A DNA stretch of 42,704 bases. Source: Octopus bimaculoides (taxonomy: Eukaryota). The position numbers and the translations under genes are program-made. Below the pieces are notes generated by a model. It saw nothing but the letters and a program-made list of their open reading frames with translations. It was not told the DNA's origin and did no database searches. Numbering within the stretch: position 1 is the first letter of the stretch; every line of letters begins with the position of its first letter. Below, piece after piece: positions 1 through 11,430 of the stretch. The DNA lies in NCBI RefSeq assembly GCF_001194135.2, contig NC_068982.1, positions 160,555,521 to 160,598,224 on the forward strand. The letters run 5' to 3'.

Positions 1-10
1 TAGATATAAT

Positions 11-601
11 TATAATTAGGGGTCAGCTAATTGCTTCAACACATACCGAATTTTGAAATAAGAGTTAAAAATTCCTTTTCTACTACTGTAAAAATTTCCA
101 CGACAATAATACATTTTATGTCGGCAAAGAGAAAAGCAATGAATCAACACGACTCCGATTAGCCACATACGCGTTTCGAGATTAAAGTGTTTTAATTACT
201 TGCTTCTCTCTTCAGTGTAGGATTTCCAATTATAAAATTTGAAAGTGCTAGTGTTAAATATGCACATGATCGAGCGACAACGTGCAACAGATATCCAACC
301 AGCACTTCCAAAATTTACACATTCATCCTTTGTATCCACGTGTATGTTACGAGCAGTACCGTAGAAAACTGCAGTATTCTATCATGGAGTAAATTATAAT
401 TTCAAATTAATAATAACAGGTAAAATTAATTAATTAAATTAATTAATTTATCAATCAATTAATTAATAATTTTACCAAGTAGATCGGTACGTTAAAATAA
501 CCTTTATAGGTAAAATTACACAAATATTCTATAATTATAAGCATAGATATAATTAGGGGTCAGCTAATTGCTTCACCACATGCTGAATTTTGAAATAGGA
601 G
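11..601 (-). mobile_element. HHR-containing ~537 bp unit bounded by 54 bp direct repeats (PLE pseudo-LTR / non-autonomous PLE-like repeat)
   Basis: 11-64 and 548-601 are direct repeats with 4 mismatches in 54 bp. The HHR at 163-220 lies between them. The left copy is at the window edge, so further extension cannot be seen. Confidence 0.55.
163..220 (-). ncRNA. Minimal type I hammerhead ribozyme motif (PLE/retrozyme-type)
   Basis: Minus strand reads CUACA-CUGAAGA-GAGA-(23 nt)-UCUC-GAA-ACGCGU-A-UGUGG. The CUGANGA and GAAA boxes are intact. Stem II is GAGA/UCUC, stem I is CUACA/UGUGG, stem III is the palindrome ACGCGU, and the cleavage triplet is GUA. Confidence 0.75.
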
Positions 602-699
602 ATATTTATGGGTTGTAAAGGTTAAGTTTGGAGGTGGGTAAGAAAAGAAGGGTGTGTAGTGTCTGTGAATCGAGCTGAGATGCAAATAGGTGATGAAAC

Positions 700-700
<1 letters not shown>

Positions 701-749
<49 letters not shown>

Positions 750-820
750 TGAGTGATAGTGTTGTTGTTGTTGGTGGTGGTGGTGGTGGTGGTGGTGGTG
801 GTGGTGGTAATAGTAGTAGT
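701..820. repeat. Compound trinucleotide microsatellite (AGT)n(GTT)n(GGT)n
   Basis: Direct reading; explains the poly-T/P/S/G ORFs in the track. Confidence 0.95.
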
Positions 821-2182
821 GTGTTTGTGTGTGTGTATGTGTTCGTCTGACAAAGTAAAGGGCGTGCTAACTGGAAACAGCAGAGAATGCGATGTACATG
901 TATTTTACATGGAAATATCGTCAATTACACCCACGAGCCCACTTTTGAAGTCAGTGCAAATTCTCTGTTGTTGTTGTTGTTGTTGTTTCTTTCCACGTCA
1001 TTATTGTTACTGTTGTTGTTGTTGTGTAAATTGCTATTGTTGAGATTATCTAGATTTGCTGAATGATTAAAAATTAATACATGCAATGCTTTTTAGCTTC
1101 CCTGTGTGACACTTTGTATCAAATGGTTAGAAAAAAAAACACTAAATTTATTGCTTCAAAAGAGTATGACAGCCCAACTGAAATAATCTTAAGAAACCAT
1201 ATTTCATTGGATATTAACCTGTTATTGCAGCTGATATAATTCCCTTTTTTTATAGATACTTTTTCCTTTTTCTTTTATTTTTTTAATTTTTTTTTTTTTA
1301 CGATTTCTGTTTTTCTTAATTCCTCAAACCCCGTTGCTTCTATTCTCGGGCTACAACTGAAATTTATCTCTTTTTGAAATTTGTAATGCTTTTTATCATT
1401 GCAAGGGTCATATTTATTTTGTATTTTATTAGCAGGCGTCGTCTACCTTCATCATTCTTCCATCAGAATTGATGATACATTCTCAGAAAATTTATTAAAA
1501 AGAACGATGTTTATATCCGATATTGAACTACTTAAAAATTTAAAAGCTTATGAAAATACAATCTTAGATTTTCATTTAAGATATTAGAATCAGTTGACGA
1601 AATGATTTGTGGTATCTAAATGTGACGCTTTTCATCTGATTTCAAATGTTCAAATTCTATTAAAAACAACTTTACCTTTCATCTGTTGCAGGGTCGTTAT
1701 ATAATGGAACGACCAAATACCAAAGTTAAAATATCATTGATATCACACCCCAACAAACATTCGTAAACTTGCACTTACTTTAAAATCGATAGAACATCTA
1801 TGTATCAGTAAAATATTTATCGAGCCTCAGCAAATCAAATACATAGGCGCGTCTATATACTTATTCGATACAAGGAATATTCGACAATGATACAGTCATT
1901 TGAAAAGTAGAATAAATTTTGTCACCTTGATGAAGAAGTGAAGTGAATCTATTCGAGTCATGCAATTTGAAGGAACATAAATGTACACACATATGAATGA
2001 ACATGCAAAAATACAATATACGTTCATAGACGGAGACGCATAATATATATATGAATAATGACACACACAACGACACATACTCACACACTCCCGCACAAGT
2101 ATATCCACACGCACACACACACACAATTTATATAAAGCTATCCAGTGGACTGTTACTCTGGAATTGGCCTAGTTTCACTTAC

Positions 2183-2229
2183 CTAAAGAAGCAGCTGCAC
2201 ACCGTACAAACTCCCGAGTAACAAAGTCA
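2183..2229 (-). CDS. Candidate 47 nt internal exon (xDFVTREFVRCAAASL), product unknown
   Basis: Minus-strand acceptor ccgcttcag, strong donor AG|gtaagtga, and one open frame. No homology recognised. Confidence 0.2.
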
Positions 2230-2520
2230 CTGAAGCGGATTAACTACACTACTACACTCTACGTTTGTATCGAGCACTTCTCTCTTTCTTACTTAACAAC
2301 AGTTGTGTGTGTATGTGCATGTATGTGTATATATGAGTGTCTGTGTTCGTGTACTTGTGTGTGTGAGTGCGTATGTTTGTGTGTATGTGTGTGTACTGTC
2401 TGTGTGTGCGTGTATGTGTGTGTGAATATGTGTTTATAAGTACATAATGACATATTAGCTTGAAGTATCTGGTATACATATGTAGTTATATGTGTGTGTA
2501 TATACATATACATATATATT

Positions 2521-2588
<68 letters not shown>

Positions 2589-2859
2589 TTTGAAAATGTT
2601 TGAGAAGATCACATTTTGTTCCTGAAAGTGTGAAAGTATCGGGCAAGATAGAATTTAATCCGATTAACGTTAGTGCAATATAACCTTTATCTAAAACCTC
2701 GTGTTTAATTTTCCCAAGTCTGCTATATATCAGAGAGCAGTGTAGGAGCTTCTGTCGTTGCAAGGTATTGTTTGAAATATTTTTTTGTGTAATATTCAGG
2801 CCGAGTTGTTTAAGGTGAGATGGTTTTTATTTTTTAATGAGTTTATTAGCGAAAGTATG

Positions 2860-3210
2860 ATTAGCTGCTTTAGGATCAGTAGTTTCTCATCATTGCAGAC
2901 ACTTTCGGCATTCGTGAGAAAGTTCAGTGTATTTTATGTAGGAGTAATACTCGAACCAGGTAACTCTCTTAAGCTGAGTAGAAAGCATTCATGCTAATGG
3001 AAGTGTTCACTTGAGTTCCGTTTTATCCGAATATTTCCTATAAAAGAGCCTAGGCTTTTCCTGACCTGTTGAATAATACTTTTATCATGCGTGAATATTA
3101 GAAATTATTGAAATAGCTGACTGCCTTCTGGAGAAAGTTTTTAATGATAGAGGTAAAGAAATTATTAACACAGAAGTGTGGTAATGGGCATAATAAGTTT
3201 TTGCACTTTA
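2860..3210 (-). mobile_element. Highly decayed PLE GIY-YIG endonuclease region
   Basis: Frame-shifted peptides KCKNLLCPLPHFC, RKYSDKTELK and VCNDEKLLILK follow the order of the CNC..CPL.G.C / Y..xTELS / C.LC..EK..IL motifs of PLE C-termini. Confidence 0.45.
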
Positions 3211-3850
3211 GTCATTTTGACCATTCAATTTAGGTTTATGTTTTTTTACTCTCAAATTGAAGTGGGAATTTAAATAAATGTGTTGGTGAGGGCTTTTCTA
3301 TATATGTACGTGTGTGTGTGAGAAAACAGTGTAGAAAGTATGATATTCACTTCGTTCACTTCAACAGTTTTATATCTCTTGTCATTTATGTTTGGCTACT
3401 TGTTAAAGGAAGTGTGATTTAAAAGATCATTTCATATATGCTATGCATTCTAGAATGCTGAGAAGCCGTTTTCCAGTAAATTACACATATCCAGTTTTTT
3501 TCACTTACGAAATCGCCTTTGCCACAAATCATATATCTTTTTCTATTATCATGTTTAAAAAAAACACTTGCAGACACAATGTCTTCATTAATATCCTAGT
3601 GGTTGCTGAGAGAGAAATAAATTTGTTTCCTTTCTGGTTATATGCAGCTTCAAACTGAAACATATACAAAACACATGTGAAGATGTAGGAGAACCGAAAA
3701 TAGATTTTCCAAAAATTGTTCAGCTTAAATTAGTATTGATTCTTTATTTTCTTTGAAAACGCATGTAGTGTCTAATTTGATCGATCGCTTATGTGATACA
3801 AGCAGAACACATTGGAATGTAATCTTTTTTATTTGTAGTAGTATTAGATT

Positions 3851-4088
3851 AAGGCGGTGAATTGACAGAAACGAGAGAGCATCAGTAAAAGTTCCGTGCA
3901 TTATTTAGTGTTAGATATTTATATTCTAAGTTCAAATCTCGTCAAGGTTATCTTTACTTTCACCCTTCGACGATCAATAAAAACAGTACCAATGAGATAC
4001 TGGGTTTCATTTAATAGACTGCAATTTCTTGCCGCATTTTGGTTAGCACAGTGGATTGTCAAATTCGACAGAGCGTTAGAAACAATTC
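3851..4088 (+). mobile_element. Old copy of tRNA-derived SINE family A (Meta/MESC-like core)
   Basis: Degenerate match to the cleaner copy at 10604 (aaggcggtga..., ctaagttcaaat, tttcacccttcgacgatcaataaaaacagtacca). Confidence 0.6.
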
Positions 4089-4231
4089 CTTGTGTTTGCT
4101 TGTTATGATACTTTATGTTCAGATTCCACATTCAGGATTAAATTTCATTTATATTCTGGCTTTGTGCATGTGTTAGAAAGTATTATTATGATACTTTCAA
4201 TAGTATTATTATTATTATTATCATTATTAGA

Positions 4232-4419
4232 TCGATTATATCGACCACAGTGTACAACTGGTAATTGATTTATCGACCCCAAAAGGATGAAAGGCAGATG
4301 TCGACTTTGCATTTCATCTGTTTGGGGTCGATAAATCAAGTACCAGTTGTGTACTGGGGTCGATCTAATCGACTGACCACCTCGCCCAAATTTCAGACCT
4401 TGTGCATATAGTAGAAAGG
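4232..4419. mobile_element. Fold-back of SINE family A 3' halves (64 bp inverted arms around GTCGAC)
   Basis: 4232-4295 is the reverse complement of 4309-4372 with 8 mismatches; the spacer is agatgtcgacttt. The right arm continues into the normal SINE tail. Confidence 0.8.
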
Positions 4420-4437
4420 ATTATTATTATCATTATT

Positions 4438-4880
4438 GAGTGAGAAAGAAGCGCATGCCATCAAAGGGAAACTGGGTCTGATAAGGGTAAAAAAGGCTCA
4501 CACATAACGTGGTAATCCCAGATAAAAATGAACGGCGCATGACTTTGCATGTGGGGCCGAGTTAAAATTTTCTTCAGTTTGAGTAGCCCATCCCGCTCAG
4601 TGTCCCTGAATAAAGCTTGTTTAAGGACGATGAACGAAACACACGTTTCTAAGGGAGAATTATTCAAACACCAACGTATGGCTAGAACGCTCCCCGAACT
4701 AATCCTGCTCGTAATCAGAGGCGCGCATATCGTCAGCCATTAAGAGACATACCCAACTGGTTAAGATCAAGCAACTGACAAGGAAATTTGCTGTAGCCCA
4801 TCTTTTACACCAAAACAAAACATGTACATAATAACACTTCCAATCTGTAAAGGTCAGAAGCCACGAGAGTCACGTCACTG
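4438..4880 (-). repeat. Interspersed ~440 bp repeat ending at an (AAT)n tract on the minus strand; class uncertain
   Basis: GC-richer block recognised as a recurrent cephalopod repeat; directly abuts the LINE fragment at 4890. Confidence 0.5.
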
Positions 4881-4889
4881 CCTGGTGTG

Positions 4890-5880
4890 ATATCCTGTTT
4901 ATTCTTTCCATCCATGCAGGCTGTTTGTGTACATTGAACTTTTTTTGTCCATCTCTAATTTTAATACCGCATTTCTGAGTTGCAAGATAAGCAGCTGAGT
5001 AAATGAGTTGATCAATCACTACGAGGGCATTTTCTCTACTATTCTCAAGGAGTTGTCGAATCAGCTTTGCAATTGCTTGATCAACTTCTTTGATTACTTT
5101 TCTGTTCTTATTAGTATTAATAATTTTGAGAACTGGGGATCTTTCGTGGAAAGGATGATGTAGTTGTAGTAGATATGGTTTTAGTATTCCATCTAAAAGT
5201 TCATTGCTGACGTGATCATTTATAGTGTTTTTAGTATCAATTAATGGTCACCTTCGGTAGGATTCTGTATGGCTAGTTTGCTGATTTGAGTTATTTTTAT
5301 TTCAGAGCTTTTTGCCCGTGGGTATAAGTGAGTGTGTGTTATATTGAGCTAGATATTGACTGATCTGACTATTCTGTCAGTTTCGCAGTCAGTTAGTCTT
5401 TTATTTTTTTAGGATATCACGTCTCACAGCTCCTAGTTTATTATTGTCCATGTACAGCCTGCTATGCGGATTTTTGCACCTCCAGATTTTGTAGATCTCT
5501 TTTTGTGTGGTTAATGTTTCTCGGTTTAGTGTCGAATAATGATAAGCATGCATAACTTCGATATACTCCTCTTTAGTCCACTTCTGTCCTGTATTTCTAT
5601 TTCTTTGAGATTGGTTTGGTGGTTGATCCTGAGCGTCAGTTTCGGGAATATCCCTAGTTTGATTTGCTACAGCTTCTTGAGGAGGTTGGTCCTGATATAA
5701 CGACTTTTCAAGCTCAGTGACAGAACATAAGATCACTGATGAACGCGTTCTTCGAACGACACGGGTTCTAGTGGGTATTTCCATGGTCGGTATCCAGGGC
5801 CGTGCTATAAGTGCACAGGGTTAACCAGTTGTCTCGTTCCTTGGGTAAGGTTCAGAGGTCCTAGGCATCATCATTTTCTG
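4890..5880 (-). mobile_element. 5' part of R4/Dong-like non-LTR retrotransposon ORF (disrupted)
   Basis: ORF 5401-5784 contains QKWTKEEYIEVMHAYHY...IYKIWRCKNPHSR..MDNNKLGAVRRDILKK. After a stop or frameshift it continues as KVIKEVDQAI..IDQLIYSAAY..KQPAWMERIN, matching the N-terminus typical of R4/Dong ORFs. Confidence 0.7.
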
Positions 5881-5881
5881 A

Positions 5882-5883
<2 letters not shown>

Positions 5884-5935
<52 letters not shown>

Positions 5936-6068
5936 CAAGAGAGATGAGGTAGAGAAAGAAAGAAAGAAAGAAAGAAAGAAGAAGAAGAAGAAGAAGAAGA
6001 AGAAGAAGAAGAAGAAGAAGAAGAAGAAGAAGAAGAAGAAGAAGAAGAAGAAGAAGAAGAAGAAGAAG

Positions 6069-6108
<40 letters not shown>

Positions 6109-6135
6109 GCAACAACAACAACAAGGACGACGACA
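5884..6135. repeat. Compound microsatellite (AC)n(GAAA)n(GAA)n(CAA)n
   Basis: Direct reading. Confidence 0.95.
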
Positions 6136-6691
6136 AGAGCAGTTAAATCGCACGATAGATATCATTTACTTCGTCCTACAAGAAAAACAAACAAAATTAA
6201 CATTTCTGCAGAGCTCTCTTTCAGACAGCTATCAAACATTACTTTTCGTATCCCAATTATTCAATAAAAAATCTATCACGTGTTTAAATTCCCGACCATA
6301 AAAATTGGATTATATTGTGTAGTGCAGTACATCTTTATCTCGTTAGTAAAGCCGGTTCATTCATAAATGGTCAGTAGAAATATTAATATACTTTGTTTTC
6401 AGAAATATAGCACGTATGCATTAATCTTGCACGTAGTGTACCTGTATGAGAAACAAGAATATTATTTAGATGTGTACGCCAGTTAGTTTACTTTCCATAA
6501 TCGCATAAATGATCTCAGGCATATTAGCAAGGTTTCACTTTGCAAACACGTGGAAGATATTATCGTGCAATACACTTAGCAGAGTGCCTCTCATAGTCTA
6601 TTTCTGTCTCAATTCGATCAAATTATCCAGCGGAAATCTAGCTGGCATAAACTGTGCAGAAATACTTCTCAATACATACATACATATATGT

Positions 6692-6737
<46 letters not shown>

Positions 6738-6747
6738 ATCTGTGTAT

Positions 6748-7177
6748 NNNNNNNNNNNNNNNNNNNNNNNNNNNNNNNNNNNNNNNNNNNNNNNNNNNNN
6801 NNNNNNNNNNNNNNNNNNNNNNNNNNNNNNNNNNNNNNNNNNNNNNNNNNNNNNNNNNNNNNNNNNNNNNNNNNNNNNNNNNNNNNNNNNNNNNNNNNNN
6901 NNNNNNNNNNNNNNNNNNNNNNNNNNNNNNNNNNNNNNNNNNNNNNNNNNNNNNNNNNNNNNNNNNNNNNNNNNNNNNNNNNNNNNNNNNNNNNNNNNNN
7001 NNNNNNNNNNNNNNNNNNNNNNNNNNNNNNNNNNNNNNNNNNNNNNNNNNNNNNNNNNNNNNNNNNNNNNNNNNNNNNNNNNNNNNNNNNNNNNNNNNNN
7101 NNNNNNNNNNNNNNNNNNNNNNNNNNNNNNNNNNNNNNNNNNNNNNNNNNNNNNNNNNNNNNNNNNNNNNNNNNNNN
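6748..7177. other. Assembly gap (N). Other gaps: 8277-9011, 13021-13353, 15676-16063, 24643-25434, 27031-27051, 27773-28276, 32167-32176, 36915-36924, 39830-40301
   Basis: N runs, nearly all flanked by (TA)n or (CA)n. Confidence 0.99.
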
Positions 7178-7727
7178 GTACGCTGTGATAAAAATACATT
7201 TTTGTTCTTTTCGTTCAGTCTCGATTACAACATTTTCCGCCCGGTTAAGTTTACCTGTTTTCCTCGTTAAACTCGATTAAACCATCAACGGTGGTGCTTG
7301 AATGATGTGTAACCAATGAAAAAATGCAATAATAACTGAAAGAAGTGGAGCGATATTCTATGTAATTTTACTAGCTTGCAGTCAAGCGACAACACTATTT
7401 TCTTTCTCTTTTTGACTTTCAGACAAAAGGTGGGCAAGAGCCCAAAATTTGAGATTCTTCTCTGTTCACGGCGATTAAACTCGTCGAACTCTTCTAGGAA
7501 CTCTGCTACGGACTAGTTGTTATCGACGCACAACATCAGCAGATTTATCGGATTCTGAATTTATAGCCATTCACTTGTAATTCGCTTCGGAGTAGAATAA
7601 AACACTGTATAGCTTTCATACACTTTTCGATGTCATTAATGATGTGTGAATGACCTTATGTCCGTTTTCTCTATGGGGTTTGTCAGCTGATCAGTCAACA
7701 GAGCTATGTATTCACTGTATTATATTT

Positions 7728-8065
7728 AAGGTGACGAAAGCGGAGAACTGCCAGAATCGTTAGCATGCCGGAAAAAATGATGACTTAGCAATTCGTCTGT
7801 CTTTATTCTCAGAGTTCAAATTCTGCTGAAAACGACTTTGTCTTTCAGCCATTCAGGTTCGATAAAATAAGTACCAGGCAGGTACTAGGGTCGATGTACC
7901 CCTCCCTCAAAAACTTCTAGAACTGTTCCAAAATTTAAAACCATTATATTTAAAGAGGCTAAGTCAGCGAGCTGGCCGAATCATTCGCACTTCTGACAAA
8001 ATGCAATACAGCATTTCTTCCTGCTCATTACATTTTGGGAGTTTGATCGGCAGAGGTGATCAGGT
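7728..8065 (+). mobile_element. Decayed SINE family A copy followed by a second truncated head
   Basis: gaatcgttagcatgccgg..gagttcaaattctgc..ttcgataaaataagtaccagg..ctagggtcgatgta, then gcgagctggccgaatcatt from about 7967. Confidence 0.65.
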
Positions 8066-9011
8066 TACACATGCCAGCCCTTTGAAAACACCACCCCCAT
8101 CATCTAACCCATATTTGCCCATGGGTTGGGAACCCTTCCAGCAAAGAAAATAGAATGCCCAAAAGGGCTCCTGATTCTCTGTGTCAGAAGCGGTTATGTT
8201 CAGATCATAATTAAGTCTTAAGTATGTATATATATATGTTCAGATCACAATTAAGTCTTAAGTATATATATATATANNNNNNNNNNNNNNNNNNNNNNNN
8301 NNNNNNNNNNNNNNNNNNNNNNNNNNNNNNNNNNNNNNNNNNNNNNNNNNNNNNNNNNNNNNNNNNNNNNNNNNNNNNNNNNNNNNNNNNNNNNNNNNNN
8401 NNNNNNNNNNNNNNNNNNNNNNNNNNNNNNNNNNNNNNNNNNNNNNNNNNNNNNNNNNNNNNNNNNNNNNNNNNNNNNNNNNNNNNNNNNNNNNNNNNNN
8501 NNNNNNNNNNNNNNNNNNNNNNNNNNNNNNNNNNNNNNNNNNNNNNNNNNNNNNNNNNNNNNNNNNNNNNNNNNNNNNNNNNNNNNNNNNNNNNNNNNNN
8601 NNNNNNNNNNNNNNNNNNNNNNNNNNNNNNNNNNNNNNNNNNNNNNNNNNNNNNNNNNNNNNNNNNNNNNNNNNNNNNNNNNNNNNNNNNNNNNNNNNNN
8701 NNNNNNNNNNNNNNNNNNNNNNNNNNNNNNNNNNNNNNNNNNNNNNNNNNNNNNNNNNNNNNNNNNNNNNNNNNNNNNNNNNNNNNNNNNNNNNNNNNNN
8801 NNNNNNNNNNNNNNNNNNNNNNNNNNNNNNNNNNNNNNNNNNNNNNNNNNNNNNNNNNNNNNNNNNNNNNNNNNNNNNNNNNNNNNNNNNNNNNNNNNNN
8901 NNNNNNNNNNNNNNNNNNNNNNNNNNNNNNNNNNNNNNNNNNNNNNNNNNNNNNNNNNNNNNNNNNNNNNNNNNNNNNNNNNNNNNNNNNNNNNNNNNNN
9001 NNNNNNNNNNN

Positions 9012-9053
<42 letters not shown>

Positions 9054-9931
9054 GCAACACACACACACACACACGTACGTACATACACACACACACATAT
9101 GCACACATACACACACAGACACAACACACACACGTACGAACAGCTACTGCATACATATTTTTGGTACGCATACATGTTCGTGTGTATGTGTGTGTGTTGC
9201 CCGTATATCAACAAAATACCTTTTCCTCGATGGAAAAAATACAACAAAATTCTTAACAAAAGTTTACTCGTCGCTAGAAAGTGACTTAACTCCTGTTTGT
9301 AAACAATTGTGATTTCTCCGACTTGAAAATTGTTAAAAGTTTTGGTTGAAAATTTATTTTGACTGCTATTCGTTGGTGCCTCTTGGAAAAATAAGATGAC
9401 GAAAATACAGCTAGGGTCATGACGAATGTCCTCCTAAAATTGGAGCGACATGCGTGCTAATTTGTGGACGTGCATAAATTACATTCACGTACACACACAC
9501 ACATGCATCCTGCCTTTTATATATGCAGATTTTATTTAAAGTAACTGTATACTCTAGACAAGTGTACGCTTCCAGTAAAGACTGGTATAATTGTGAGTTT
9601 GCCACAGGATTGGGCATTTAAATATTCACATCCAATTTGACACGGTTATCCGGCTACCTAATTCCATTCACAATATTTGGATCGATCAACTACTATTGTA
9701 GGAATCTCTTCGCTGGTTGTCACGCTGTGAGATTAAATCCAAAAATCTTCTGATTGATAATGGAAAAGCGTTTAATCATATGATCGTGTGTGTGCATCGA
9801 CTGTAATGTGATAAAGAACTGCGATTCTTCCAAAGCCAAAATCTACCTCAGGTTGTTGGCATCAAAAAACTGCATGTATGTGTGTACGTGGGGATGTGTG
9901 TGTGTATGTGTTCCCTCCAATATATGCATGC

Positions 9932-9962
<31 letters not shown>

Positions 9963-10603
9963 TGTATGTATGTATGTATGTATGTATGTATGTATGTATA
10001 GCTGTGGATACAGGTATGTATTATCTATAAATTTGAATGTGCATGAATTTGTATGTTCAGAGTATTGTATTGGTTGAATAATAAAAATGGTTATTTATAT
10101 GAGGTCCTTACCCTTGTAATGCGATATCTGTTATAATTGTCTGTTATATGTCTATAGTTCTATTATTTCTACAGACCATCAGTAAATTTAGGCGTAAATC
10201 ATGAATATACTGGCAAACTTAAAATGTAAAATGTACTAATAGGGGAAAATGTTATTTCATTACATAGATGTTATACAGACTAACCTCTTTCTTTTCTATG
10301 TTAACACATTGGTTATTCATTTTATATACAAGACAGAAAATAACTTTTCTCCAAAGATTTTTAAGTAGTTCCTTTTGCAATCACATGGTTTCAGACTTTG
10401 TGGGATAGTTTCCTACCATAGGTATCGGTCCATGGACTGCAAATGAAATTTGAAAGGCTAGCAGCATACCATAGCTGTTCTTGAGTGTTAAACCAAATTC
10501 ATTGGTCGATTTAATACCACTACCTAGAGTGCAGAATCCATATCACTGCAAATAATTCAGGACGCATATCAGATCAGTTGATATTTCAATAACAATTACT
10601 TCT

Positions 10604-11031
10604 AAGGCGGCGAGCTAGCAGAAACGTTAGCACGCCGGGCGAAATGCTTAGCGGTATTTCGTCTGCCGTTACGTTCTGAGTTCCAATTCCGCCGAGGTCG
10701 AGTTTGCCTTTCAACCTTTCGGGGTCGATGAATTAAGTACTAGTTACGCACTGGGGTCGATGTAATCGACTTAATCCCTTTGTCTGTCCTTGTTTGTCCC
10801 CTTTATGTTTAGCCCCGTGTGAGCAATAAAGAAATAAGAAACGTTAGGACGCCGGGCGAAATGCTTAGCGGCGTTTCGTCTGTCTTTACGTTCTGAGTTC
10901 AAAATCTGCTGAGTTCGACTTTGCCTCTCATCCTTTCGGGGTCCCAAAATTAAGTAATAGTTGCGTACTAATGTCGATGTAATCGACTGCCCAAAAATTT
11001 CGGCCATGTGACGAGTGTAGAAAAGAATATT
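10604..11031 (+). mobile_element. Dimeric tRNA-derived SINE family A (Meta/MESC-like core) with 10 bp TSD
   Basis: Monomer 1 spans ~10604-10837 and monomer 2 restarts at aaacgttag (~10839). A B-box-like gagttc[ca]aa is present in each. AATTACTTCT occurs at 10594-10603 and 11032-11041. Confidence 0.85.
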
Positions 11032-11037
11032 AATTAC

Positions 11038-11174
11038 TTCTCCGCTGAACAATAAAGGCAGAAATGTCTTCTCTTTATCCCACAAATATTTCAAGCACTG
11101 AAAATAGTAATTGATGATATCGTCCTTCCTATGGTTAAACAATTTAAAAATAGATATTCTTTCATCTCTTATAC
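11038..11174 (-). CDS. Candidate 137 nt exon (GIRDERISIFKLFNHRKDDIINYYFQCLKYLWDKEKTFLPLLFSGE), product unknown
   Basis: Acceptor aatataacag, donor GAA|gtaatt, and an open frame. No recognised homology. Confidence 0.2.
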
Positions 11175-11282
11175 CTGTTATATTTTGGGAAATTGTTATG
11201 GACGGATATTTAGAAATATTAGAGAATATTTCAGAATAGGAATTTGTAAAATATGCACGCAAAGCACTAATATATTCATGTG

Positions 11283-11374
<92 letters not shown>

Positions 11375-11430
11375 TTCTGTGTACATGCATGCATACATAC
11401 ATACACACATACATACATACATACATACAT
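11283..11430. repeat. (TG)n followed by (CATA)n microsatellites
   Basis: Direct reading. Confidence 0.95.

Noticed and set aside
560-1043. Poly-Thr/Pro/Ser/Gly/Val ORFs, and similar HT/CV/YI-repeat ORFs elsewhere
   Set aside because: Translations of microsatellites.
1399-1587. ORF with F-x14-ELLKNLKAY spacing reminiscent of the prolyl 4-hydroxylase alpha N-terminus
   Set aside because: It ends in a stop with no donor site, has no ATG start and shows only a weak short similarity; not supportable.
5733-5762. CTGATGA motifs at ~5734, ~17892 and ~36694 as further hammerheads
   Set aside because: No paired stem II followed by GAAA-N..UH at the correct spacing.
7423-7576. Strong plus-strand acceptor followed by an exon-like block
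   Set aside because: All three frames hit stops within ~31 codons; no coding support.
8195-8265. 40 bp-period duplication next to a gap
   Set aside because: Adjacent to (TA)n and N-run; likely slippage or assembly artefact.
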